This document shows positions 49,814-62,529 of a stretch of 64,000 bases of DNA, in pieces. How positions within the stretch are numbered: the stretch's first letter is position 1; every line of letters starts with the position of its first letter. The position numbers and the translations under genes are program-made. The notes beneath the pieces were generated by a model. The model was given only the letters and a program-made list of their open reading frames with translations. It was not told where the DNA came from and did no database searches. Source of the DNA: Squalus acanthias (lineage: Eukaryota); NCBI GenBank assembly GCA_030390025.1, contig CM059438.1, positions 66,032,001 to 66,096,000 of the forward strand. The letters are read 5' to 3'.

Positions 49814-50278
49814 TGTATTTGTGTGTATATGTAGATGTACGTGTGTGTTTGTGTGTGTGTATATGTAGATATACGTGTGTGTTTGTGTGTGTGTATATGT
49901 AGATATACGTGTGTGTTTGTGTGTGTATATGTAGATATACGTGTGTTTGTGTGTGTATATGTAGATATACGTGTTTGTGTGTATATGTAGATGTATGTGT
50001 GTGTTTGTGTGTGTATATGTAGATGTATGTGTGTGTTTGTGTGTGTATATGTAGATGTATGTGTGTGTTTGTGTGTGTATGTAGATATACGTGTGTTTGT
50101 GTGTGTATATGTAGATATACGTGTGTTTGTGTGTGTATATGTAGATATACGTGTGTTTGTGTGTGTATATGTAGATATACGTGTGTTTGTGTGTGTATAT
50201 GTAGATGTACGTGTGTGTTTGTGTGTGTGTATATGTAGATATTTGTGTGTGTGTATTTATATGTGTATATATATATAT
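49814..50278. repeat. Compound minisatellite, ~30-bp unit (tgtgtttgtgtgtgtatatgtagatatacg) built on TG repeats
   Basis: About 14 tandem units with variable TG run length are directly visible. Confidence 0.95.
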
Positions 50279-50949
50279 TGTTCACATTGTCATTTTCCTC
50301 TAACCTCTCCATTTCTCTGAATCAGCCTCCAGTGGGCCTGCAGGAGAATGGAGGCAAATGCCTATATCAGCACAGCAGAGTGAATTCACTTTACCATTGC
50401 TCTCCTTCAAGTAATTTGGGCAAAACCCCTTAAGAGGGAACGGTGAAACAGTCAGCCTTTTGAACGGGAGAGTTGATCTGCTTTTTCAAAACCAGCCATC
50501 TGGAATGTTTTTTTTGTGGGGAGTGGGCACATTTTGGCTTAAACAGATCACGCTTGAGGTGAAAATACATGACAAAAAAGCCAAGTTAAATTCCGAAATG
50601 TTCATTGGAAACAATAAACTCAGTTCCTGTAGCAACTCCCATGATGATTAAGCAGAGTATAGCCTCAGAATTACAGTCTGCAGTGTTATTCTGTGGATGC
50701 TTTGCGCACGCCGATCAAATTCCTCCCTCTGCTATTTTAACGTGTGTGTTAACCTATTTATTTTCGACAGGTTAAAGCCTCCATTAAAATAGCGGAGAGA
50801 TGAATTTGAGATGAATGTGTTAAACGTTCCCATGACGCCATGGCGGACAGAAATCTCCGGCTTTAACTCAAGCGAAGAAGTCGGTCCCCAGACAGTTCAC
50901 TGGGTATGTGCACCATATGGTCTGCAGATCAGAGGGTCACAGCTTCCAG

Positions 50950-51410
50950 CATCATCAGCATGATACCGGGGCTAAAAGGGTTAAATTATCAAGACAAGTT
51001 GCACAGACTAGGCTTGTATTCCCTTGAGTATAGAAGATTAAGGGGTGATCTAATTGAGGTTTTTAAGCTGATTAATGAAGTTGCTAGGGTAGATAGAGAG
51101 AAACTATTTCCTCTGATGGGGGAGTCCAGAACAAGGAACTATGACCTTAAAATTCGAACCAGGCCATTCTGGGGTGATGTCAGGTAACACTTCTTCACAC
51201 AAAGGGTAGTGGAAATCTGGAACTTTTTCTCTCTCCCAAAAAGCTTTTTGAGGCTAGGTAAATTGAACATTTCAAAACTGAGATCTTTGTTAGGCAAGGG
51301 TATTAAGGGTTACGGAACTAAGGCAGGCAGATGGAGTTGAGATTCGGATCAGCCATGATCTAATTGAATGGCGGTACAGGGTCGAGGGGCCGAATGGCCT
51401 GCTCCCGTCC
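50950..51410 (+). mobile_element. CR1 LINE 3' fragment
   Basis: IPGLKGLNYQDKLHRLGLYSLEYRRLRGDLIEVFK followed by the CR1 tail. Confidence 0.9.
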
Positions 51411-51419
51411 TGATATTTC

Positions 51420-51720
51420 TAGCTGAGCTCAGACAGGGTGATGGTTGCAGGCATCACACCTTGACCTCTGTGTCCCTGGGCTTCACGCCCCTGATTGACC
51501 CCAGTTGGAAAGTGTGAGTATGTGGACTGCATCAGGCTCGGATGTGACACCCTTTCCATGGCCAAATATTCAGCAGGTATCCCTGTCTAGACTCGTACGT
51601 GATGAATGGCCACTGGGCTGAAATCACAGAGTGCTGGCGGTGCCTGCAGAACCTAATGTCAGCTTGTGGCAGTGGCTTTCGGACAGGTGGCAGAAGTCAC
51701 AGGGAGGAAAAGAAATCAAA
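51420..51720 (+). mobile_element. Old SINE-like repeat
   Basis: Diverged similarity to 24270-24590. Confidence 0.4.
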
Positions 51721-52549
51721 TAAAAGTCGAACAGCACTTTGTACAAAATTGAGAAATTCTATTACAGAGCCACAGCATTCAAAAGTAATATTCTTAGAAT
51801 TCTTTGCCAGCAGGCATTTTAGAAGGCAGGTTGTGTGTGCAGTTGTATTTGGAGAGACTTCACATGCAGCAGCTAACCATTATATTCCTGTCATCAAGTT
51901 CAATAGCCTGCTTCTGGCTGCACAACCTTTCCCAGGGTCCTTTGTATTGATGTGCATGCACATCAACTTGTATGTCTCGCGGAGAGTGTCCCCAGCCAAC
52001 AATTCTACACCACTACTGCCCCTGGTTCTGCTCCACCCAGGTCCTATCTAATCCTAGAACTGCTCTGAGAAGTTAAGCCCAGTTGCACACTGCGCCTGTG
52101 AATTTGTGAGGAATCACGAGAAGTCCTCCAAACAGTGTTCAGCAGAGTTCTGTTCTCCTCCTCACCCGCCCCACCACGAGTGGCAGCAGCAGGATCAGGA
52201 AGGAGATGTGGTGTGTTGGTTGTTGGTGGTGAGGGGGTGGGGGGGGAGTGGGTGGGTGTTGGGGCACGCGTCGGTGATTGAGAAGGTTGTCAGCATGAAC
52301 TAGGAAAGGGTGGAGCAGCGTGCCAGCTTGAATTAATGGGGAAGCGGTGGGCGAGAACAGTGCCAGCATAAACTGTGGGAAATGGAGAAGAATGCCAGGC
52401 TGAACAAGGGTGGGGTATGGCAGAACATTGACAATTGAAGGGAAGTGGGCAGAGGCAGAGCAGCCTGAATTGAGGATAGAGGCTGGAAAGAGAATGCCAA
52501 CATTTCTATTCCCTTTGACCAGTTGAGGGTCTAACGGGTACAGAAATCC

Positions 52550-53500
52550 ATCGCCATGCTATGGGCTCTGGACCAAGGTACTGAGAAAACTATATCTGTA
52601 GAATTTCAGTTTGCCTGCTAGAGTGCAGCACTCTCTCCCAAACAGGGAAACACTCTACTTATCTATGTCCAGCAAGCCAGTTCAGATTGGCAGAGCCAAA
52701 GCTCAGGAAGTCCCCAAGTGTGCAGAGGTACTGCTGGAGTTCAACTAGCCAAAACCACACAGCTTACCAGTAGATAGTACTGCTGCTTGTCCAGCTAGGA
52801 CTACCCTGCCCATTAAGGCATTAGCCTCCAGGATTATTTGGAGCCATGTGGGAAGGATCCAAGCTTCTAGTGGTTCCATTAATGAGCCACACCGGCTGGT
52901 CAATCATTAACAGTGCCTTGGAGTACTGCAGACTTGCTTGGTGCAGGTAACATAATACCAAGGCTGCCACAGGGGGTTGACTTGGTTCTGAACTTCTTGG
53001 AGCCACCTCAGCTCCACAAAGAGTTCCCACTTATCCACACCACAGGCCATAGGAGATCGTCATCAGCTTGTTATTAGACAACTGAAAAGCTTGCGGCTTT
53101 GAGCCCTCACTGGGTGGACTGGCAGGTACCAGGAGTTCCTCACGAGCAGCATGGTGAGCAGCACAACTCACCATAAAATATGTCAATGTATTGGCCACTA
53201 TCCTCCTGGCCGCAGTGTAGACGTGGATCACACCCCGTGGAATGGTCCACCAGTTCGAGGTGTGGAGCTTCAGTCTCTCTGGAATCCAAAACTGGTAACC
53301 ATCAAGCCCTGGATATGTGAGCATGTGTTCTCATACCCATCATCCAGCTAACACCGTCCAGTCGCTGTCCTTCCAAGTCTGAGTTCTTCATCAGTTGCAT
53401 GGTGGACAGACCAACCTAGAGCAGCTTGTGTCATCTTTATATTCCAGACATCTATACCTGATGATGGATATCAGACCTAAATGATTGACTGTTGAGTGTA
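52550..53500 (+). mobile_element. Possible highly decayed RTE-like LINE remnant
   Basis: Weak peptide echoes only (EPKLRK, HHPANTV, GRP) across broken frames. Confidence 0.2.
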
Positions 53501-54488
53501 GCTGAAAATTGTGTCCCATCAATTTTCCTGATCAAATGCAAGCTGGAGTTAATAATAAGTTGATAGTGACCACTCGACATTACAGACTTATCTGTTTAGA
53601 CCTGTGAGGATCAATGACTTATAAAATTTACTCACCTCCCTACCACACTAGACCGCCCTGACTCCTACGATGAGGTGCCCTGTTATGAGGGACGCACATT
53701 TACTATTTTTTTTGAGCATCAACTTGGCGTACGCTGGCCCAGCAATTCAGGAGGAGCCCTCAACAGCGGAACACAGCAGCTAGTTTGTAGCTCCCCCTAA
53801 GTTGGCACCCATGTGCAGTCACATTCCTTTGATCCCTAGCACAGGACAGCTGAGACAAATTGTATCCCCGCCCCTCCCAAACCTTTAGCATGACTGAGAT
53901 TAACAAACTCTGCAAAATCTGGGGCTTTCTAGTCTATATGGCCGGAATTTTGTTAGGGTCCGTGCGGACACGATTGGAGGTGGGTCGGGAGGGAAATTTG
54001 AAAAACCTTGGAGTGGACAGGGAACCCGCTATCATCTCGCCCCCATGCACCTTTCCCTCGGGCGTGTTTGCCAGCGTGGCAGCAACCCGAATGGCAGAGG
54101 CTGTCGAGGTAATTGAGATCATAATGAGGTACTTGTCAGACCCTTAAGCGTCTTTTTAACCCTTCCTTTCAAATTTCCCTGGAGGAGCATGGGAATCAAG
54201 CAGCTCAGGAACTATGTCTGTGAACCTGAGGCGGAAGTTGAGTGGCCATTGATCCAACTTATTACTGCACAGCATAATAAGTACAATAAAAACGCCCACC
54301 TGACAGCTGGTCACTTTCCTAAGGCAGATGCTGTTGCTGATTGCATTGTCAGCACTGATTTAGCTTTCTAGAGGTTGCAAGTGTTTTCAGCAAAGTTGGG
54401 ATCCACTGTCACCTCATTGGAAGAACTATCACAACATTGACAGATTGATTCTGTCATCTCTACTTGACCTGCCATCTATTACATCAGA

Positions 54489-56407
54489 ATGGGTGCCATT
54501 TATACTGTCTCACCTTGGTCCTCAGAATCGGACCATGATGAGCCCCAACACGAGCAGCACCAGGCACACCAGCAGCACCAACAACAACAACACCACCAAC
54601 CTTCTCCTCAACCAACTAATGCTGCACAGGACAGAGGGCATCAGCGCAGGGGTTCACCGACCCGGAGGCAATACCCCCAACACAGGATATACAGGCAGAG
54701 GAAGCTTCCTCAACATGACGGAGCAGCAGTGCCAAAGGAGGCTCAGTCTATCGTACCAGGTCATCGCAGACATTTGCAGATTGCTCGAGCAAGGCCTGCA
54801 GCCCAGAGGAGTGGGTGGAGACGCCTTACCAGTGGCTGTCAAAGTCACCAGCACCCTCAACTTCTTCACTTCAGGCTCCTTCCAGGGTTCTGCAGCAGAT
54901 ATTTGCAGCATCTCGCAGTCGGCCGCCCTCAGATGCATCACACAGGTCACCGATGCCATGTTTGACAAGTCAGCCAATTATATCAACTTTGCACTGATGA
55001 AGCCAGTGTTACTGAGCGGGTGCTCAGCTTTGCTGCTCTGGTTGGCTTCCCATGGGTGCAGGACATCATCGACTGCACACGTGGCCATCGGGGCACCCCA
55101 TCATAGACATAGAAACATAGAAGATAGGAGCAGGAGTAGGCCATTCGGCCCCTCGAGCCTGCTCCGCCATTTAATGAGATCATGGCTGATCATCCAAATT
55201 CAGTATCCTGTCCCTGCTTTCTCCCCATATCTCTTGATCCCTTTAGCCTTAAGAAATATATCTAACTCCTTCTTGAATATATTTAATGAATTGGCCTCAA
55301 CTGCCTTGTGTGGTAGAGAATTCCACAGGTTCACCAGTCTCTGGGTGAAGAAATTCCTCCTCATCTCAGTCCTAAATGGCTTACTCCTTATCCTTAGACT
55401 GTGACCCCTGGTTCTGGACTCCCCCGCCATCGGGAACATCCTTCCTGCATCTAGTCTGTCTAGTCCTGTTAAAATTTTATAAGTTTCAATGAGATCCCCT
55501 CTCATTCTTCTAAACTCTAGCGAATATAAGCCCGATCGACCCAATCTCTCTTCATACGTCATTCCTGCCATCCCAGGTATCAGTCTGGTGAATCTTTGCT
55601 GCACTCCCTCCATGGCAAGAACATCCTTCCTCAGATAAGGCAACCAAAACCGCACACAATACTCAAGGTGTGGTCTCACCAAGGCCCTGTACAACTGCAG
55701 CAAGACATCCTTGCTCCTGTACTCAAATCCTCTCGCTGTGAAGGCCAACATACCATTTACCTTCTTAACCGCCTGCTGCACCTGCATGCCCAAGAGTCTT
55801 TGTCAACCGCAAGGGCTTCGACTCCCTCAATATGCAGCTCGACTGCAACCATAGTAAGATCACCATGCATGTGTGCGCCAAATTCCCTGGCAGCTGCCAT
55901 TGACTCTTTCATCCTGCTCCAGTCCACCCTCCCTCAGCTCTTCACTCCTCCAAACAGACTTTCCGGCTGGCTGCTTGGAGTCAAGGGCTATCCACTGAAG
56001 ACGTGGCTCATGACACCCTTGAGAAGGCCAATTACTGAGGCCCAGGAGAGATATAATGAAAGCCACATTTCTACCAGATGTGCCATAGACCAGACAATAG
56101 GCATGCTGAAAATGCGGTTCAGATGCCTTGACAGATCTGGAGGTGCCTTTCAGTACACACCAGCCAGGGTCTCCAGAATCATCGTGGTCTGCTGAGCCCT
56201 GCTCAACATAGTGCAGCAGCGAGGATTTGCGCTGCATGGGAGCAAGTCTCTGAGCACACAGCCTCTTCAGAGGAGGAGGAGGAGCATCAGCTGGAAGACG
56301 AGGAGGAGGAGGAGCAGGAGGAACTTGCGGTCCAGATCCCACCAGCACCCGAGCACATTGCTGCCTGGGAGGCCAGGGATGGCCTCATCATGGCCAGAGT
56401 TACTTAA
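54489..56407 (+). pseudogene. Harbinger DDE transposase (HARBI1-like/DDE_Tnp_4), disrupted
   Basis: [69 protein letters not shown]; frameshifts, a stop codon and a CR1 insertion. Confidence 0.9.
55102..55790 (-). mobile_element. CR1 LINE 3' fragment inserted into the Harbinger transposase
   Basis: Intact 197-aa CR1 C-terminal ORF (55200-55793) plus the catagaaacatag tail. Confidence 0.95.
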
Positions 56408-56674
56408 CTTCACGCATTACACCCATATGGCTGTCACATGCTGCGTCAGGTTGGCACCACCCCACAGCAACACCATAGAGGATCCCTTCAATGACCAAGC
56501 AATTCCTTTCACACTGACCACCATTGCTGGAGGTAACGTTATGTCTCATCATTCACTCCAACTCACTAAGCCACTTCCAAATTTGCACACAAATTTGTCC
56601 ATGACGGAAAGTGGTGAAAATAAATAGTTTTATGCATGACTTCATTGTAACGGAAACTTTACAGAAACATTTAT

Positions 56675-58614
56675 TAAAACATCCACGTGGCTACCCTTGT
56701 GCATCTACGTGTGTTTCGTCTTTCTCTTGCACGTGCTTCTACGAGGTGCTACCCCTGTGGCTTCAGCAGAGGTAGAGGCAGCCTGCTCACTTCCCAGCTG
56801 TGACTGCATAAAATTTTTGGCAGACCTCCTCTGGGTTTTGGAGCCTGTGATGGCCCTGCCAAAGTCTGCTCCTCCTGCGACTGTGCAGGGGCAGACTCAG
56901 CCATTGCGATCTAGGAGCCATCTGGGTCTCTGACTGAGTGGTGTTGGCGTGGGGGGGGGGGGGGCGGCAAGGGAAGAGAAGTGTGAGCACTTTGAGAGGA
57001 GCCCCCACTTACATGTCCCTCTCACCATCATCCCTCACATGGGCCACCCGCACTTCCCTGCTAGCAAGGAGCTGGAGAGCACCTTGCTGCACAGCAGTGG
57101 GGCCATGAGGGCCGAAGTCTACATTTAGTACCCTCCTAGAGAGGAGGTCTATGAGCGTCAGCCATCTGTTCTCCATAGATAGCCATCTATTCTCCAAAAT
57201 TTAGCACGTGCTCCTGTGAGTGGCGCATTAGCTGCTCCATGCAGGTGGCCATCCTTTCCATGGAAGAGCCTACAGTCACCATCACCTGTGACATGGTGGT
57301 GGTCATGTTGGTGATGGACTACGCCATTCTCTGCACATTTGCAGACATCACAGTCACAAAACCTGTCAGAGCCTCCTGCACTTCTTCCTGCACCTCCAGG
57401 ATTGCCTATTTTCTGGATGGCCCCCGAGGCTCCGCGTCTGCATGCAGCTGAGCAAAGCTGGGAGTGTCCTGCGCCCTCCGGCGAGGAGTCTCCACTGCTG
57501 TCCCTGTCTCCAACAGCTGCTCTTGCTCACTTGTGAGTTGTGAGACACCAGGCGACAACACTAGTCTATCTCGCGTGGCACCCACCGAGGTGTGCGTATC
57601 TGAGCTGGTGCTGGGTGCACATAGGTCTGCTGATGGTGCACCCTCAGAGGCTGGAGGCTCCTCTGAGGAGTCACCTTGCTCTTCTTCCAGGACAGTGGAG
57701 GGGGTGGGTGGCTCTTGATGTCCCTGTGGGAGAGTAAAGAGATGAGTTAGATATGCAATGTGAAGAATGGGTATACATACCATTATGCACATGATGAATA
57801 TTCACTGGCTGCTGTCATCAGTCCCCATATGAGTGACTGCCATGTGCCTTGTGGCTGTATGAGATGTAATTCTGTCACCAGGTTGCTGAGATGTCCCCCT
57901 CTCTCCATCTCCCACCTCCAGCTGCTCTGCGACTTCAGACACTTCCAAGGCAACCTCCTCTGCTGCTGTTAAGGTGGCCAATGATGAAGGGCCACCTCCA
58001 GTTCTCTCCCTCTCCCTCTTATTGTGGGCTCTCTTCTCTTGCAAGGAGGGAAAGAAGAGAAGGTTGAGTGAGAGTGTAAGGAATGGATGGGTTACATCTT
58101 TAGAGGGTGACTATGATGGAGTGGGGTGGCAATGCCAAGTGGCCTGCTTGTGTGTTGTTAGTTGGTATGATTACATTAGGATGAGGGTGAGTGTGAGGGG
58201 TGGTTAGTCAGATGGGGATGTAATAATATAGATAGATAGAGAGAGAGGGATGGGTGGACATGCAAGGTATGTTGGTGTGAGTAATGATGTGCAGGAATTG
58301 GGTTGGGAAGGCAGAGTGATGAGGATGTGATGAGAGGCACAGCAGGATGAAGGTGAGTGTGGCTTTGCACTCACCTTTCCTGATCTAATGAGATCACTGA
58401 AACATTTGCAGCACTGCACCCAGGTCCTCCTGACAACATCCCTGCTGCTGACCTCCTCTGCTATTTGGAGCCAGGCTCCTTTGGTCTGCTGGTGAGGTCT
58501 CTTCCGCCCATCTGAAGGGAAGAGGACCTCTCTGTGTGCTCTCAGTCCTTCCACAAGCATATGGAGGGAGTCATCTGAGAACCTGGGTGCAGCCCTCTAT
58601 CTCTGTGCAGTCAT
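56675..58614 (-). pseudogene. Harbinger Myb/SANT-like DNA-binding protein, three exons (~58614-58375, 58038-57879, 57723-~56675)
   Basis: APRFSDDSLHMLVEG...AWLQIAEEVS...RTWVQCCKCFSDL, then EKRAHNKRERERTGGG. GT donors at 58374 and 57878. There is an early TAG, and the first acceptor reads AA instead of AG. Confidence 0.8.
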
Positions 58615-58849
58615 GTTTGCCACTCTTTCCAACACTCCAATGGTCCAGTGCAGTGCCTGCACTATCCTAGATGAACCTTCAAATGCAATGTGGCCATGGC
58701 TTCTTTAATTATCCTGGCTGAAGACACGTCATCGATGACGTGATCAGACCCACACCATTTAATAGGGCCGGGTAACGCGTAGGGCTGCCTTAATAGGCAC
58801 CATTAAGGGAAAGTCGGTCTCAGGAGCGAGATGGAATAAAGAACGGGGT

Positions 58850-59067
58850 TGACGTAAGAAAACTACTAGGCACTTGATCTAAGCGTTAAACAAAGCTTTA
58901 ATCAACTGTTTTACAACATGGAGGTCTAGTTGTGTCCTTCACTAGTTCCTGTTAAGAATGTCGTGCGCAAGCTGGGCCCATGCCCGAGTATTTATACTCT
59001 CCCTGGACAGCGCCACCTGCAGGCCACTCAGTATTATTTCATAAGTCTTTATGACAGATTCATGTCA
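58850..59067 (-). mobile_element. Solo LTR (copy 2) nested in the Harbinger subterminal region
   Basis: TGAC...GTCA ends, a 5-bp TSD GGGGT (58845-58849, 59068-59072) and homology to 35325-35553. Confidence 0.85.
59008..59026 (-). promoter_or_regulatory. CTCF-like motif in the solo LTR
   Basis: Minus strand TGGCCTGCAGGTGGCGCTG closely fits the CTCF core consensus by eye. Confidence 0.45.
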
Positions 59068-59899
59068 GGGGTCACGGCCTCCCACTGTGACCGCCCGCAC
59101 CCGACCCGCCCAGGTCCAAAATATTCCGGCCATGTCTCAACACCACTGCAGGTGGTGAATTTATCCCGTATCAGTGATTGAGGAAGTGGATGTCTTTTGT
59201 ACCCTTGCCCTTGACCTCTGCCTTTTGTCCCACGGTCTAAGGAAGCACAGAGTCCGAGAATTTGAAGGCCCTCATAATATAAGAAGCCATTTATGACACA
59301 CAGCATCCTTAGCTCTTAGCTGTTCAAGGAAAACAGATAACTTTACTTGAGAACTTTGTGAGGTAAAAATGATTCTGACAGGGGTTAGAATAATGCTCAG
59401 TGTGGGAGCACTGTTCTGCTCTGCAGAACCGTTTAGAAATCTGCTTGTTTTTTTTAATTTGTCTCTGAAAAGTGAAGCAAGGTCACGGTATAACAGAGCT
59501 ATTGTAAATTGGCCTATTTAATATTCATCCGTTGGCGTCTGTTAGATGGGTCATACTGCAATAGTAAATCTAATACCAACCGTGGGGAGGGAAATTGCAG
59601 CTCTAAAATGGGCACTGGCAGTGCGATATCCTATTCAACAATGGTACTGGTGATGACGCACCTTCCTTGATGGGTAGCAGTGGAAAGATGCCCTCTTTAA
59701 AGGGGGCACTGGCAATAAGCTGCAGTCTTTAAAGGGTATAATGGTTGCATGCCTCGCTCTTTAAAAGATGTGCCTCTGATGAAAATTCTAGTTGAAAGGT
59801 TTTCGAGTTCCTTTAATACACAAGTTTTTTTTCAATTGTCCAGTCTGGATTTTTTTTGAACAACTTCAGAACCACAGATACATTTCTTTTCATTTCACA

Positions 59900-61900
59900 A
59901 ACAATCATGGCAGTAAATATAAAATTGGAGAAATATAAATGGAGCAGAATTTCCTGGAATAGTCTTGTTATGATTCCCACAATAACTGTGAATTATTAAC
60001 CATTTTGTCAGCTGTATTTTCCAATTTGCGGCAGACTGATGCCTGTATAACTAATGTTTAGGTATCTTGAGTAATGCTCTCCCTACTGGGGGTGTACTTT
60101 CATCAGTCAACCAGACATCTGTTTCCTGTGAATTGGCAAATATGGTCTGTAGAAATGGAGAGAATCAGGTTATTGCCAAGCTATTGGATGAATCACAGCA
60201 ATGTGAGTGAGACATGACCAGTGTGAAAATCTGCTAAAATGTTGAAAGTCAACCATTAACGCTGCGATTATTTACTTAGTCAGTGAGTGGAGAATGGAAA
60301 GATGACACAAACTATGATTGATGTGTCATCTTGCTGCATTGTGAGCTTTCAGCAGTCAGAAAAGGCTGTCATACCGTTATGCATTGATAACCGAGACAGA
60401 ATCATATTTTAATTACACACGCACTTTTGTTTGTCTTGAACCAATTGTTTTAGTGGTACCCTCCTCGTAGATGGGCTCAGTTGGTAGCATACTCTCTCCT
60501 CCAAGTCACAAGTTCCTCTGGGATTTAGTCCATTATCTAAGCTGAAACTTCCGTGCAGCGCTGAGGGAGTGCTGCATTATCAGAAGTGCCTCCTTCTGGA
60601 GGTGACACTAAATCAAGGACCCCGTTTGATCTGGTGGCAAAATATCCAGTTGCACTATTCGAAGAAGAGCACGGAGTTCTCCCAATGTTCTAGCCAACAT
60701 TCCTCCCTCAGTCAACATCAAGAACAGTTTAAGAGTCATTTGCTGTTGTTGGGGCCTTGCAGTGTGCAAACATGTTTCTGTGTTTACCTTCATAACAATA
60801 GTGTCTATACTTCCAAAGTAATTAGTTGAGAAGTACTTTGGGAGTGCCCTGAGGATGTGAGAAGATGCCACCCAGCGAGGTCACCATTGATTGCACTGGT
60901 TGGAGGGACATACGGGAGGAAGAACCTATGAGAGAGGAAGAGTTGGTCGATGAGTCATCCCGCATCAGTCTTGTACCTTGTAGTGGAAGATCAAGAGCAG
61001 TTTTGGCACAGCTTTGGAACAAAAAGAAAAAATGGAAGAGACGAGGACTAAGAAGCGATGCACAATATTGTATTATTTCTCCCAAGGCAAAGCAATTAGA
61101 ACATGATTCAGAAGTGCGATCGGAAATAGATTCAAATGAAAAAGAAATGAATCAAGGACGGTTTGTTGACTTAAAATGATATTCAACTGATACATTTTCA
61201 GTATCGCAGACGTTATTGCATCTTCACAGATGCTGATTAACAGCGATCATGAGCAAGTCGTGGCCTATTTGCTCCAACTGTACCATTATTGCAGATACAC
61301 CACCTCCGTGATGGAATATTTCGCAAATCTTTTTTTAAGTTGTCATTTGCCTCGGTGAACATCATTCGATATTAACTTAACTTGCGCAGGACATTATACT
61401 GACATGACTCATGGTTCTTCCTTGCAAATGAGCAGATTTGTCAAACACATGCAATCAGCTTACTTTGAGCACAGCCTCACTGCAACAAAAATGATGCACG
61501 GCCATTCTGCTTGCTCAGCCTCCCTGGTGATCGAGACAGGACTCCTCTATGAGTAGCTTTGGAGATATTGGATTTGGTATTAGTGGAAATTGCCTGATTA
61601 AAATCTCCCTTCCCTTGTGCCACAGTAATTGCCAGTGCATTCATCAGTCTGCAACTCAACTCAGCGCAAAATTTGAACTGGTTCAGGAATCTGACGTAAG
61701 GTTAAAAAAAAAGTTGGAAGATTGCATTCAACCGAGATCAATGTGGTTCAGATTGGTTTGAATCCCCAAACAAGCGTATACTTTGACACAATACTGGGAC
61801 TCAGAGCTGTTGTAAACAGATTGAAAAGAACCGACAGCAGGACACCAAGGTAAAGAACAACACTGCAAAATTGATTGATCTTGTTTCTTGAAGGCCATTG
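59900..61900 (+). mobile_element. Possible ancient Ty3/Gypsy pol remnant (RNase H to integrase), interrupted by a SINE
   Basis: Ordered weak echoes KYKIGE, YWGCTF...PD, VCRNGENQVIAKLL, IKDGLL...QTLLHLH; many stops and frameshifts. Confidence 0.25.
60470..60865 (+). mobile_element. Deu-domain SINE
   Basis: ggctcagttggtagc head and ctgagggagtgctgcatt core. Confidence 0.7.
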
Positions 61901-62529
61901 CAAGGATTGAAGTGACTCCAAAACAAAACCCAGTAGGGGAGCAGGCGTTTTAAAATTTATCAAGGGAATCATGTGAGAGCATGAGTCTGTGCAGCACCAG
62001 GGACAGCAACCTGGTTTCCAAACTGAACAGTTATTGGAGGTAAATGTGGTGGAACACAGCCTATAGCATGTGCATCAGGGAGCAATGGGAGATGGAAGCA
62101 TGCCTTTTATTTGGAAACCGATTGTAATACTGGATACACAACCATCTGTTTTTTGGACAAGACAAATGATATTTGGAGATAGACCAATTGGTTTGGAGCA
62201 TGCAGAACTTGGATAAAATCTTGTTCAATTTGGAGGCTTTTGATTATCTGAGAGAATCCGTACACTGTCCAGGATAAGAAAGGAGTCTGTATTGTTGACC
62301 TTAACCTACAGCAATGAATAGCACTTTTCATGTTAGCTACTGAAGGACCAGACCATAAGATGTAGACCAGTACCCACACTCAGTGATCTACTGAGAGCTG
62401 CTTTTGTCAGCAAGGCTCTTTATCTTGTAGTTTAGCTGATTTGAGGCTTGATGAGAATCCTTCAAAATCTGGAATTCTCAAGTTACGTTTCTCCAGAAAA
62501 GGCTTCTCCTGGCACAGCTCTCCCTCCCC

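Larger units (their letters stand above)
53940..59131. mobile_element. Decayed autonomous-type PIF/Harbinger transposon with nested CR1 and solo LTR
   Basis: TIRs ggccggaat / attccggcc enclosing convergent transposase (+) and Myb/SANT (-) genes, each with an AATAAA near 56620-56675. Confidence 0.9.

Noticed and set aside
49814..50278. Regular ~30-bp repeats as a possible CRISPR array
   Set aside because: No unique spacers, no cas genes and a vertebrate context.
49776..50320. ORFs of 71-178 aa with HTQTH/VCVY repeats
   Set aside because: Translations of the TG-based minisatellite.
54489..58614. Host HARBI1/NAIF1-type domesticated genes
   Set aside because: They are enclosed by TIRs, disrupted by stops and insertions, and have a related deleted copy in the same window.
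59772..59810. CTGATGA...GAAA as a second hammerhead
   Set aside because: No convincing stem II or stem III pairing.
60299..60332. 11-bp-stem hairpin
   Set aside because: Short and isolated; compatible with chance.
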